This document shows, piece by piece, positions 8,886 through 17,573 of a stretch of DNA of 64,000 nucleotides. Position numbers and translations under genes: made by a program. Source of the stretch: an uncultured Chloroflexia bacterium (GTDB taxonomy: Bacteria; Chloroflexota; Limnocylindria; Limnocylindrales; CSP1-4). The notes under the pieces were generated by a model, which saw only the letters and a list, made by a program, of their open reading frames with translations, did no database searches and was not told the DNA's origin. The DNA is taken from positions 13,804 through 77,803 of the forward strand of contig CAWHIA010000018.1 of NCBI GenBank assembly GCA_963829155.1. The letters are read 5' to 3'. Each line of letters opens with the position of its first letter. The first letter of the stretch is position 1.

Positions 8886-9320
8886 ATGCCCACGACTGAC
8901 CCGCTGCTGCAAGGCAACGTCCTGCTGGACATCGACGGCGTCGGCGTCGTCGCGAACTTCACCTCCGTCTCGGGCGTCTCGAGCGAGGTCGAGATCGTCG
9001 ACAACCCGTTCGTCAACGACCAGGGCAAGGTCACCATCGGCAAGCTCCCGGGCAAGCCGAAGACCCCGACGGTCACGCTCAAGCGCGGCCTCACGGGGGC
9101 GACCGAGATCTGGGACTGGCACAGCGCCGTCATGCAGGGGAACCCGGACCGCCGCAACGGCTCGGTGATCCTCATGAACACGATCGGCGAGGAGATCCTT
9201 CGCTACAACTTCACCAACGCGATGGTGTCCAAGATCAGCCTCTCCGAGGGCGGCGCTACGACCAGCGGCGTCCAGATCGAGGAGGCGACCCTCGCCTGCG
9301 AGACCCTCGTCAAGGCCTAG
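8886..9320 (+). CDS. Tail tube protein (T4 gp19-like / Afp1-type)
   Basis: The 144 aa product follows the sheath gene directly. It reads ...LLDIDGVGVVANFTSVSGVSSEVEIVD...TVTLKRGLTGATEIWDWH...GSVILMN..GEEILRYNFTNAMVSKISL, the conserved tube fold signature. Confidence 0.9.
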   Translation: MPTTDPLLQGNVLLDIDGVGVVANFTSVSGVSSEVEIVDNPFVNDQGKVTIGKLPGKPKTPTVTLKRGLTGATEIWDWHSAVMQGNPDRRNGSVILMNTIGEEILRYNFTNAMVSKISLSEGGATTSGVQIEEATLACETLVKA

Positions 9321-9324
9321 GCCG

Positions 9325-9759
9325 ATGACCCTCGCCCTCCCGCCCGAGCTCGGCGACGAGCGCAGGAGCACGAACGCGTCCGACGCCCTCCGGACGGAAT
9401 ACGCGTTCGTGCTGCCCCGCGGCTTCGTCGACGGGTCCGGCACCGTCCACCGCGACGGCGTCATGCGCCTCGCGACCGCGCGCGACGAGATCATCCCGCA
9501 GCGGGACCCTCGCGTCCGCGAGAACGAGGCCTACCTGACGATCCTCCTCCTGTCCCGCGTCGTGACCCGGCTCGGGACGCTGCCCCAGGTGCACACCGGG
9601 GTGATCGAGGGGCTGTTCGCGTCCGACCTCGCCTTCCTGCAGGACCTGTACCGCAGGATCAACCAGGAGGGCCACACCCAGGCCTCGGTCACCTGTCCCG
9701 CGTGCAACCACGCGTTCACGGTCGACGTGGCGGGTGAGCAGCGCCTGGGGGAATCGTGA
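9325..9759 (+). CDS. Conserved CIS hypothetical protein in the tail-assembly-chaperone position
   Basis: The 144 aa product lies between the tube and tape-measure-like genes. It reads ...FVLPRGFVDGSGTVHRDGVMRLATARDEI...YLTILLLSRVV..., with a single CPAC near the C-terminus. The function is inferred only from its position. Confidence 0.55.
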   Translation: MTLALPPELGDERRSTNASDALRTEYAFVLPRGFVDGSGTVHRDGVMRLATARDEIIPQRDPRVRENEAYLTILLLSRVVTRLGTLPQVHTGVIEGLFASDLAFLQDLYRRINQEGHTQASVTCPACNHAFTVDVAGEQRLGES

Positions 9760-9914
9760 CGTACGCGACCGACCGGCTGTTCGAGGAGGTCGCGTACGTC
9801 GCCTATCACTTCCACTGGCCGATGGACTCGATCCTCGACCTGGAGCACCCGCTCCGGCTGCGGTTCGTGGATGAGATCGGTCGCATCAACCGGCGTCTGA
9901 CCGAGGAGGAGTGA
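9756..9914 (+). CDS. Small conserved-looking ORF (52 aa) between chaperone-position gene and tape-measure-like gene
   Basis: This ORF is not in the track. The GTG at 9756 overlaps the upstream stop (GTGA), and its own stop overlaps the next GTG at 9911 (GTGA). My translation is VTYATDRLFEEVAYVAYHFHWPMDSILDLEHPLRLRFVDEIGRINRRLTEEE. It is not low-complexity, and the third codon position is GC-rich. Confidence 0.5.
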   Translation: MTYATDRLFEEVAYVAYHFHWPMDSILDLEHPLRLRFVDEIGRINRRLTEEE

Positions 9915-11891
9915 GTCCCGTGCGTCTGCCGTGGCCGTTCGGCCGCAGCGAGAGCGACCGCGGGGCGTCCTCCGGCTCGGGCGCGGACGCCGGTGGTGGC
10001 GCGCCCGGCGCCGGCTCGGCGGTCGGTCGGCGCGTCGTCGTCGCCGGCCGAGGCGCCGATCCGGCCCACGGGCGCGTGGCGGACGCTGCCGCCGATCCAG
10101 CGCTCGTCGGGCCCACCGCCGGTCGTGGCGCCGGCCGCGCCGTTCCTCGCCGACGTGCCCGGCCACGCCCCGCTGCCGCCGATCGTCACGCCGCTGGGCC
10201 ACGAGTCGAGCCCGAGCGCGCCCGCCGGTCTCGTCGTCGCGCACCCGCACGCCGTCCCGAGCCTCACCTCGAGCGCGCCGCTCCCCGGCGAGGCCCGTGC
10301 AGCGGCACGCCGCGGGCGGCGAGTCCGCCTCGACCGCGGCGCCGGCCTGGGAGGCCGAGGAGGCGCCCGTCGTCTCGCGCCAGGCGGAGCCCGCGTCGAC
10401 GGGGGCCGCGTCGCCCTCGTCGTGGACGCCGGCCGCCGCGCCCGAGCTCCCGCCGATCCGCACCGTGCCGGCCGTGGCGCCGTCGGCCGTCGCGACGCCC
10501 GCGTCGCGTCCGCTGACCCAGACCGCGCCGTCCCTGGTCCCGTTGTCTTCGGGGCGGTCCGGCGGCACGACGCCGTCCGCGGAGGGCGCGCGATCGAGGC
10601 CGGCCGACATCGCGCTGCCGATCCAGGCGAGCGGGCGCGTCCCGACGTCGGTCTCCCCGTCGCCGTCCGCGGCCCCGGGTGCCGGTCGGGCGCCGCTTGC
10701 GCCGGTCCGGCGGTTCGCCGAGCTCCCGGTGGAGGCGCCGGCGCCGCCCGTCCAGCGCGAGGCCACCGGCCGCCGCGCCGGCCTCGGCGCCCCGCTGCCC
10801 GCGGCCCCCGACTCCGCCGTTGCCGAGCGCCTGCCGATGCGCCGCCCGGCGCCCGGCCTCCCGGTGACGCCCGCGTCGCCCGCCGCGTCCCCGGCCACCG
10901 TCTCGCGGCTGTCGGACGGGACGCACGACACCCACGATCCGGCCCCGGCGATCGCCGCCGCGCCCGCCGCCCCTGCTCGCCCGCTCCCGATCCTGCCGGT
11001 CGCGCGCCAGCGCCAGGACGCCGCGCCGACGTCCCCGGGCGCCGCGACCGTCGTCGCGCGCGACCGCGGCCCGCTACGGCGAGCCCGGCGCGGTCCGCGG
11101 CCTCGTCCGCTCCGACCGTCTCCCGGTCCGCCACGACGGTCCTGCCCACCGTCGGCGCGCGGCCGCTGCGCCCGGCCGTGACCGCGGCGCCCTCCGGCCC
11201 CGGCCGCTCGCAGCCGCCGACCGTCGGTGCACCCGCGTCCGGCGCGGACGCCGAGGCGCCGATGCCCGTCGCCGCACGCTGGGACGCCGGCGACACCCTG
11301 CCGTCGACGGTGACCTCGCTGCCGGCGTTCCCGCACTCGGAGCCCGATCTGCCGGTCCAGCTGTCGCCGGTCGGCTCGGCGCCGCGGCCGGCCGCCGTGC
11401 CCCAGGCCGCGAACGGGGCCCGCGAGATCGTGTTCCCGCCGCGCGACGGCGGCGATGCCCCCGAGTGGTCGTCGGGCGGCTTCCCGGCGGCGCCGGCGCC
11501 GGCCCAGGAGCGCCCGTCCGCGCCGTCCCGGACCGCGCCGCTGACCCTCGCCCGATCCGCGGTCGCCGCCCCGGCACAGCCCCAGGCGCCGGCCCCCGCG
11601 AGCACGCCGGTGGTCGCCCGGATCGTCGCCGACCCCGCCTCGCCCGGCACGCCGCCGGTCGTCCAGACGCTGCCCGCCGGCGGCGGCATCCCGGTCGCGA
11701 CGTTCACGGCGACCCCCATCGTCCAGCGCGAGGAGGCCGCGGCGCCGACCCCGCCGCAGCCGTCGAACGGCCGCTCCGACCGGGAGCTCGACGAGCTCGC
11801 CAAGGCGCTGTTCGGGCGCATCCGGACGCAGCTCAAGTCCGAGGTCATCCACGAGCGCGAGGCCAAGGGCCTCGGCTTCGACGCGTTCTAG
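9911..11891 (+). CDS. Pro/Ala-rich tape-measure-like protein (Afp14 position), reading frame apparently switches three times
   Basis: The plausible protein text moves between frames. Frame 2 runs from GTG 9911 (VSPVRLPWPFGRSESDRG...). Frame 0 runs from ~10030 (APIRPTGAWRTLPPIQRS...SAPLPGE). Frame 1 runs from ~10295 (PVQRHAAGGESAST...PPVQREATGRRAGLGAPL...). Frame 0 resumes from ~11075 and ends ...ATPIVQREEAAAPTPP..SDRELDELAKALFGRIRTQLKSEVIHEREAKGLGFDAF at 11891. Off-frame stretches are Arg-rich junk. The role is assigned by position between the tube and baseplate genes. Confidence 0.6.
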
Positions 11892-11903
11892 CAGGGAGCA
11901 CCG

Positions 11904-12389
11904 ATGGGCGATCCGGCAGTCAGCATCGCGTACAAGTGCACGATCGACGGCTTCATCCCGCTCGGGATCTGGACCAAGATCGAGGGCCTGGGCTTCGAGT
12001 ACGAGATCAAGGAGTTCCGCGAGGGCGGCATCAACGGCTTCACCCACAAGGTCCTCGGCCCCTGCAAGTACACGAACCTGCGGCTCAGCCGGCCGGTCGA
12101 CTCGACGTCCGAGCTCCTGATGCTCTGGCTCCAGAGCAACATGATCAAGGTCATCCCGCAGACGATGTCGATCACGGCGATGACCATGAACGGCGACGAG
12201 ATCACGACCTGGAACCTCGCCGGCGTGATCCCCGTGAAGTGGACCGGCCCCTCGCTCGACATCATGAGCAACAACGTCGCCACCGAGACGCTCGAGGTCA
12301 CCTACCAGGAGATCATCGGGCTCGGCGCGCTGGGCGGGCTGCTGGCGGGCGCGATGTCCGTCTCGGCCAACGTGAGCGTCGGGTTCTGA
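11904..12389 (+). CDS. Second tube-like protein (Afp5-type tube initiator)
   Basis: The 161 aa product reads ...CTIDGFIPLGIWTKIEGLGFEYEIKEFREGGINGFTHKVLGPCKYTNLRLSRPV...WNLAGVIPVKWTGPSLD, a gp19-like tube fold signature. Confidence 0.85.
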   Translation: MGDPAVSIAYKCTIDGFIPLGIWTKIEGLGFEYEIKEFREGGINGFTHKVLGPCKYTNLRLSRPVDSTSELLMLWLQSNMIKVIPQTMSITAMTMNGDEITTWNLAGVIPVKWTGPSLDIMSNNVATETLEVTYQEIIGLGALGGLLAGAMSVSANVSVGF

Positions 12390-12399
12390 GGGCCCGGCG

Positions 12400-13137
12400 A
12401 TGGTGATGGACGCGGTCGGCGGGGCCGTATCGGCGGTCGCCGGGGCGCTCGGGCTGATCAAGTCCGACAAGGCGAAGCTCGTGTGCGTGGGCAGCAACAT
12501 GCCCGACGGCCCGCACGAGATCGAGTGCGCGTTCAACCCGACCGACTACACGCTGACCCAGACCGTCAGCGTCCCCGCGACGACGTCCCCCGCCAAGGAG
12601 GGCGGCCAGCAGCAGTACAGCGGCACCGGGGCGCTCACGTTCTCGACCAACCTGTTCTTCGACGCGTTCTCGGAGGCCAAGGGCGACGTCACGCCCAAGA
12701 TCACCACGCTGCTCAGCTGGATGAAGCCCACCAACAAGTCGAGCTCGAACGGGCGGCACTCGCCGCCGCTCGTCCAGTTCAAGTGGGGCGGCAACCCGCA
12801 GCTGGATCAGCTGAAGGGGTTCATCACCAGCTCGACGGTCAAGTACACGCTGTTCCGGATCGACGGCACGCCCGTCCGGGCCGAGGTCGCGATCACGATC
12901 ACCAGCCAGGCCGACCCCGAGACGGGCCAGAACCCGACCTCGCAGGCCACCAACAGCCGGCGCGTCCACCAGGTGATCGACGGCGACACGCTGCAGTCGG
13001 TCGCCTACCGGGAGCTCGGCAAGCCGCAGTACTGGCGCGCGATCGCCGAGCTCAACGCCATCGACGACCCGATGCGCCTGTCCCCGGGGTCGGTCCTCCT
13101 GATCCCCAGCGTCGCCGACGCGACGAAGAGCGCCTGA
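12400..13137 (+). CDS. LysM-domain baseplate hub protein (Afp7/Pvc7-like)
   Basis: The 245 aa product has a tube-like N-terminal part (ECAFNPTDYTLTQ...PPLVQFKWGG). Its C-terminus carries LysM: HQVIDGDTLQSVAYRELGKPQYWRAIAELNAIDDPMRLSPGSVLLIP. Confidence 0.85.
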   Translation: MVMDAVGGAVSAVAGALGLIKSDKAKLVCVGSNMPDGPHEIECAFNPTDYTLTQTVSVPATTSPAKEGGQQQYSGTGALTFSTNLFFDAFSEAKGDVTPKITTLLSWMKPTNKSSSNGRHSPPLVQFKWGGNPQLDQLKGFITSSTVKYTLFRIDGTPVRAEVAITITSQADPETGQNPTSQATNSRRVHQVIDGDTLQSVAYRELGKPQYWRAIAELNAIDDPMRLSPGSVLLIPSVADATKSA

Positions 13138-13143
13138 GCCGCC

Positions 13144-14814
13144 ATGCCGGACCCGAGCGTCGCCATCCAGCGCGAGATCGAGATCGACGGCAGCAGGCTG
13201 CCCGACAACGTGCTCATCCACCTCGAGAGCACGACGGTCATCGACCGGCTCTCGATGCCCGACACGTTCACGCTGGTGTTCCGCGACCCGGACCGCAACA
13301 TCCTGAGCACGGCCCGGATCCAGGTCGGCACCAAGGTCGTGATCTCGACGACGTCGACGCGCGAGGACGCCCCGAAGGTCCTGATCGACGCCGAGGTCAC
13401 CTCGATCGAGACCGAGTACGGCGCGCACGGCACGCTCGCGGTCGTCCGCGGCTACGACCGGTCGCACCGCCTTGCGGCGGGCCGCAAGTCGAAGACCTTC
13501 CTCAACGCGAAGTACTCGGACATCGCGACCCAGCTGGCCAGCGCCGCCGGGCTCACGCCCGACGTCGACGAGTCCGAGGGCACCCACGACCACGTGTTCC
13601 AGGCCAACCAGTCCGACCTCGACTTCCTGTCCGGCCTGGCGCGCCAGATCGGCTACGACTGCCGGGTGGACGGCGAGAACCTGCTGTTCAAGAAGCCCGT
13701 CGAGTCGTCGTCCGGACCCGCCGAGGGCGAGGCGCTGGGCACCAATCCGACCGCCCTCGTCTGGGGCGACGACCTGCTCGACTTCCGCGCCCGCATGAGC
13801 GCCGTGGCGCAGGTCAGCAAGGTCGAGGTCCGGGGCTGGGACCCGGCGACAGAAGAAGGAGATCATCGGGACCGCCCAGGCGACGGCGAACAACGCCGAC
13901 ATGCCCATGAAGCCGGCGGATCTCGCCGAGAAGGTCGGCGGCCAGACGCACGTCGTCGTCGATCGAGGCGTCGGCTCGCAGCAGGTCGCGGACCAGATGG
14001 CGCACGCCGCCTCCGCGGCCATCGGCTCGGCGGCGTTCGAGGCCACGGCCATCACCACGGGCTCGCCCGACCTCAAGGCCGGCGTCGCGGTGAGCGTCGG
14101 CGGCGTCGACCCGGCCCTGGCCGGCAAGTGGGTGATCTCGGGTTCCCGCCACGAGTTCGGCGACGGGTTCTATCGGACGTCGCTGGAGTTCGCCGGCCGC
14201 CAGGACCGGTCCGTCCACGGGCTGCTGGGCCAGGGCGGCGGCGCCGCCAACGACCGGATCTACGGCCTCGTGATCGGGATCGTGACCGACAACAACGACC
14301 CCGACAACATCGGGCGGGTCAAGGTCAAGTTCCCGTGGCTGGGCGACGACGTCGAGTCGTGGTGGGCGCGGATCGCCGCGCCGGGCGCCGGGCCGGACTA
14401 CGGCATCGTCTGGGTGCCGCAGGTCAACGACGAGGTCCTGGTCGGGCTTCCTGCACGGCGACGTGCGCATGCCCGTACGTGCTCGGCGGGCTGTGGAACG
14501 GCGTGGACCCGATCCCGTTCGACACGAGCGCGAACCTCGACGCCGGCTCCGTGACCTTCTGCGGGTTCAAGTCGCGGACGGGCCACCAGATCAACTTCTG
14601 GGAGAGCGGCGACGACTCATCGATCCAGCTGCTGACCAAGGGCGGCGCGATCGAGATCACGCTCGACGAGCTGAACTCCGAGCTGAAGATCACGGTCAAG
14701 GGCAAGGTCACGTTCCAGGCCGACGGCGACGTCGAGATCAAGGCCGGGGGCTCGATGAAGCTCGAGGCCACCGGGCAGATGACGGTCAAGGGCGCGACCG
14801 TCGCGATCAACTAG
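13144..14814 (+). pseudogene. VgrG / phage gpD-like spike protein (Afp8-like), three +1 frame breaks
   Basis: The N-terminal part MPDPSVAIQREIEIDGSRLP...VEVRGWDPAT runs in the ORF 13144 frame. The text continues as KKEIIGTAQ...GDGFYRTSLEF...IGIVTDNNDPDNIGRVKVKFPWLGDD..WARIAAPGAG..GIVWVPQVNDEVLVG in the ORF 13901 frame. After a short FLHGDVRMP stretch it returns to the first frame: YVLGGLWNGVDPIPF...KGATVAIN. The extra bases lie near 13852, 14447 and 14475. Confidence 0.85.
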
Positions 14815-14827
14815 AGGACGCTGAGCA

Positions 14828-15229
14828 ATGGCACAGCCGCTCGTCATGGGCGACAAGATCCAGGGGCAGTGCGCGATCCACCAGATCCCGAACCCGGCGT
14901 CCGGTGCGCCGCAGCCCTCGCCGCCGATGCCGTTCTCGGCGCCGCTGCTGACCGGCCTCGAGCCGACCGTGACCATCGGCGGCAAGGCCGTCGCGGTGCT
15001 CGGGTCCTCGGGCTACAACACGCCGCCCCACGTGGGCCTGCATCCGACCGACCCGTTCATGGTCCCGACGACGCAGCAGGGCATGGTGATCAGCGGCAGC
15101 CCGACGGTCACGGCCGGCGGCAAGCCGATCGCGACGTCGAGCTCGCAGGTGGCGATGTGCGCCCAGGTGCCCGGCCAGCCGATGGCGACGGTCACGCGAC
15201 GTGACGGTCGCGTGAGGAGGCGGGCGTGA
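14828..15229 (+). CDS. PAAR-like spike-tip protein
   Basis: The 133 aa product reads MAQPLVMGDKIQGQC...TVTIGGKAVAVLGS...GMVISGSPTVTAGGKPIA. This PAAR-type pattern sits directly after the spike gene. Its stop overlaps the next start (GTGA). Confidence 0.8.
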   Translation: MAQPLVMGDKIQGQCAIHQIPNPASGAPQPSPPMPFSAPLLTGLEPTVTIGGKAVAVLGSSGYNTPPHVGLHPTDPFMVPTTQQGMVISGSPTVTAGGKPIATSSSQVAMCAQVPGQPMATVTRRDGRVRRRA

Positions 15230-15624
15230 GCGACGAGTTCATCGGCCGCGGCTGGGCGTTCCCGCTGCGCACCGACCCCACGGGCGGGATCGCGCTCGTC
15301 GCGCGCGAGCGCGAGATCGAGGAGGCGATCCGGCTGGTGCTCGGGACCTCGCCCGGCGAGCGCCCGATGCGGCCCGAGTTCGGCTGCCGGATCCACGACT
15401 ACGTGTTCGCGTCGGCCGACGGCGCGACGGCGTCGGCGATCGCGGCCGAGGTCCGCGAGGCGATCCGGCGCTGGGAGCCGCGGGTCGACGTCGAGGACGT
15501 CCAGGTCTCGTTCGACGCCCGTGACGCCGCCGTCATGTACATCGACATCAAGTACGCCATCCGGCGGACCAACGACCGCCGCAACCTCGTGTTCCCGTTC
15601 TACGTGATCCCGGGAGGAGACTGA
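15226..15624 (+). CDS. GPW/gp25-family baseplate wedge protein
   Basis: MSDEFIGRGWAFPLRTDPTGGIALV..EREIEEAIRLVLGTSPGERPMRPEFGCRIHDYVF is a textbook gp25 signature. An AGGAGG lies upstream of GTG 15226. Confidence 0.9.
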   Translation: MSDEFIGRGWAFPLRTDPTGGIALVAREREIEEAIRLVLGTSPGERPMRPEFGCRIHDYVFASADGATASAIAAEVREAIRRWEPRVDVEDVQVSFDARDAAVMYIDIKYAIRRTNDRRNLVFPFYVIPGGD

Positions 15625-15626
15625 TC

Positions 15627-17573
15627 ATGGCCCTGCCGGTCCCCAACCTCGACGACCGCCGCTTCCAGGACCTCGTGGACGACGCCAAGCGGCTCGTCCA
15701 GCAGCGCTGCCCGGAGTGGTCGGACCACAACGTCTCCGACCCGGGCGTGACGCTGATCGAGCTGTTCGCGTGGATGACCGACCAGGTCGTCTACCGCCTC
15801 AACCGCGTGCCGGACCGCAACTACGTCAAGTTCCTCGAGCTCATCGGGGTCAGCCTCTATCCGCCGACGGCCGCGCGCAGCCCGATGACGTTCTGGCTGT
15901 CGGCCCCGCAGCCGGACGTCGTCACGATCTCCGCCGCGACCCAGGTGGCCACGGTCCGCACCGACACCGACGAGGCGATCGCGTTCACGACGATCGAGGA
16001 CCTGCCGATCATCCCGTCCGAGCTGGCCGCCCTGGGCTCGATGATCGACGGCAAGACGCTGCGCGACCACATGGCCGCCCTCGAGAAGGGCACCGAGGTC
16101 TACTGCTTCCAGAAGGTGCCGTCCGCGGGCGACGCGCTGTACATCGGCCTGTCCGAGGCGGTCCCGTCGAACGCGGTCCGGCTGCGGTTCAAGGCCGACA
16201 TCGATGGCGTCGGCGTCGACCCGACCAACCCGCCGCTGGCCTGGGAGGCCTGGACCGGCGACGACTGGGAGCCGTGCGAGCTCGACTCCGACTCCACCGG
16301 CGGGCTCAACCGCGACGGCGACGTGGTGATCCACGTGCCGCACGGCCACGTGGTGTCGCTGATCGCGAAGCAGCGGGCCGGCTGGCTGCGGGCGCGGGTG
16401 ACGGATCTCGCCGAGGGCCAGCCCGCCTACTCGGCCTCGCCCAACATCAAGGGCCTCGAGGCGATCACGATCGGCGGCACCGTCGACGTGGTCAACGCCG
16501 AGCTCGTCACCGACGAGGAGATCGGGATCTCCGAGGGCGTCCCGGGGCAGCGGTTCCTGCTCAAGCGTGGGCCGGTGGTGCCCGGGGACGACGACCCCGT
16601 GCTCGAGGTGGCCGGCGACGAGGGCTGGGACGAGTGGACCTACGTGCCCGACTTCGCCGCCAGCGGCCCCGACGACAAGCACTTCACGATCGACCTGTCG
16701 ACGGGCGAGGTCCGGCTCGGGCCGGCGGTCCGCCTGGCCGACGGCGCGCTGCGACGCTACGGCGCGGTGCCCGTGAAGGGCGCCCATCTCCGGCTGGCCC
16801 AGTACCGGACCGGCGGCGGCCGCAAGGGCAACGTCTCGGCGCGCGCGATCAGCGTGCTCAAGTCGTCGATCCCGTTCGTGTCGCGCGTCGAGAACCGGCG
16901 TCCGGCCCGGGGCGGCGTCGACGGCGAGGACATCGAGAACGCCAAGATCCGGGGTCCGATCCGGCTGCGCGCCCGCGGCCGAGCGGTGACCACCGAGGAC
17001 TACGAGCAGCTCGCCCGCGAGGCCGCGCCCGAGGTCGCCCGCGTGCGGGCCGTGGCGGCCGGCGACGGCACCGACGCCGGGTCGGTCCGGGTCCTGATCG
17101 TGCCGTCGGCGGTGTCCGAGCTCGGGCGGCTGCGGTTCGACCAGCTCGTCCCCAACCCCGACACGCTCCAGAAGATCACCGACCGGCTCGAGGAGAGCCG
17201 GGTCATCGGCACCCGCGCGATCGTCGAGCCGCCCGTGTACCGCGGGATCACGGTGGTCGCGAAGCTCAAGGCGCGCTCGCGCATCAACCCGACCCGGCTC
17301 CAGGAGGAGGCGCTGCTCGCGCTGTACGAGTACTTCCACCCGATCACCGGCGGCCCCGACGGGACCGGCTGGCCGTTCGGCCGCCCGGTGAACGCGGGCG
17401 AGATCTACTCGGTCCTGCAGGGGATCCGCGGGACCGAGATGGTCGAGGACGCACGCCTGTTCGGGGCGGACCCGGTGACGGGCCAGCGCGGCCAGCAGAC
17501 CCAGCGCCTCGAGCTCGAGACCCACGCGCTCGTGTTCAGCTACGAGCACCAGGTCCTGGTCGAGGGCGCGTGA
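15627..17573 (+). CDS. Baseplate J-like protein (gp6/Afp11-like)
   Basis: The 648 aa product reads MALPVPNLDDRRFQDLVDDAKRLVQQRCPEWSDHNVSDPGVTLIELFAWMTDQVVYRLNRVPDRNY..., the conserved N-terminus of putative baseplate assembly proteins. Confidence 0.9.
   Translation: MALPVPNLDDRRFQDLVDDAKRLVQQRCPEWSDHNVSDPGVTLIELFAWMTDQVVYRLNRVPDRNYVKFLELIGVSLYPPTAARSPMTFWLSAPQPDVVTISAATQVATVRTDTDEAIAFTTIEDLPIIPSELAALGSMIDGKTLRDHMAALEKGTEVYCFQKVPSAGDALYIGLSEAVPSNAVRLRFKADIDGVGVDPTNPPLAWEAWTGDDWEPCELDSDSTGGLNRDGDVVIHVPHGHVVSLIAKQRAGWLRARVTDLAEGQPAYSASPNIKGLEAITIGGTVDVVNAELVTDEEIGISEGVPGQRFLLKRGPVVPGDDDPVLEVAGDEGWDEWTYVPDFAASGPDDKHFTIDLSTGEVRLGPAVRLADGALRRYGAVPVKGAHLRLAQYRTGGGRKGNVSARAISVLKSSIPFVSRVENRRPARGGVDGEDIENAKIRGPIRLRARGRAVTTEDYEQLAREAAPEVARVRAVAAGDGTDAGSVRVLIVPSAVSELGRLRFDQLVPNPDTLQKITDRLEESRVIGTRAIVEPPVYRGITVVAKLKARSRINPTRLQEEALLALYEYFHPITGGPDGTGWPFGRPVNAGEIYSVLQGIRGTEMVEDARLFGADPVTGQRGQQTQRLELETHALVFSYEHQVLVEGA

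Noticed and set aside
9531-12536. Very long antisense ORFs: 1001 aa here, 795 aa at 3506..5893, 741 aa at 18633..20858 and 1029 aa at 27694..30783.
   Set aside because: All lie opposite genes with strong family signatures (CIS structural genes, AAA+ ATPase, ppdK). They encode Arg/Gly/Pro-rich low-complexity text. These are GC-content artefacts, not overlapping genes.
15197-15229. The odd Arg-rich C-terminus of the PAAR protein (..ATVTRRDGRVRRRA) suggests another frame break. An alternative frame ends ..DVTVA at 15213-15215.
   Set aside because: The annotated frame ends in a GTGA overlap with the gp25 start, like the other junctions in the operon. The evidence for a break is too weak.
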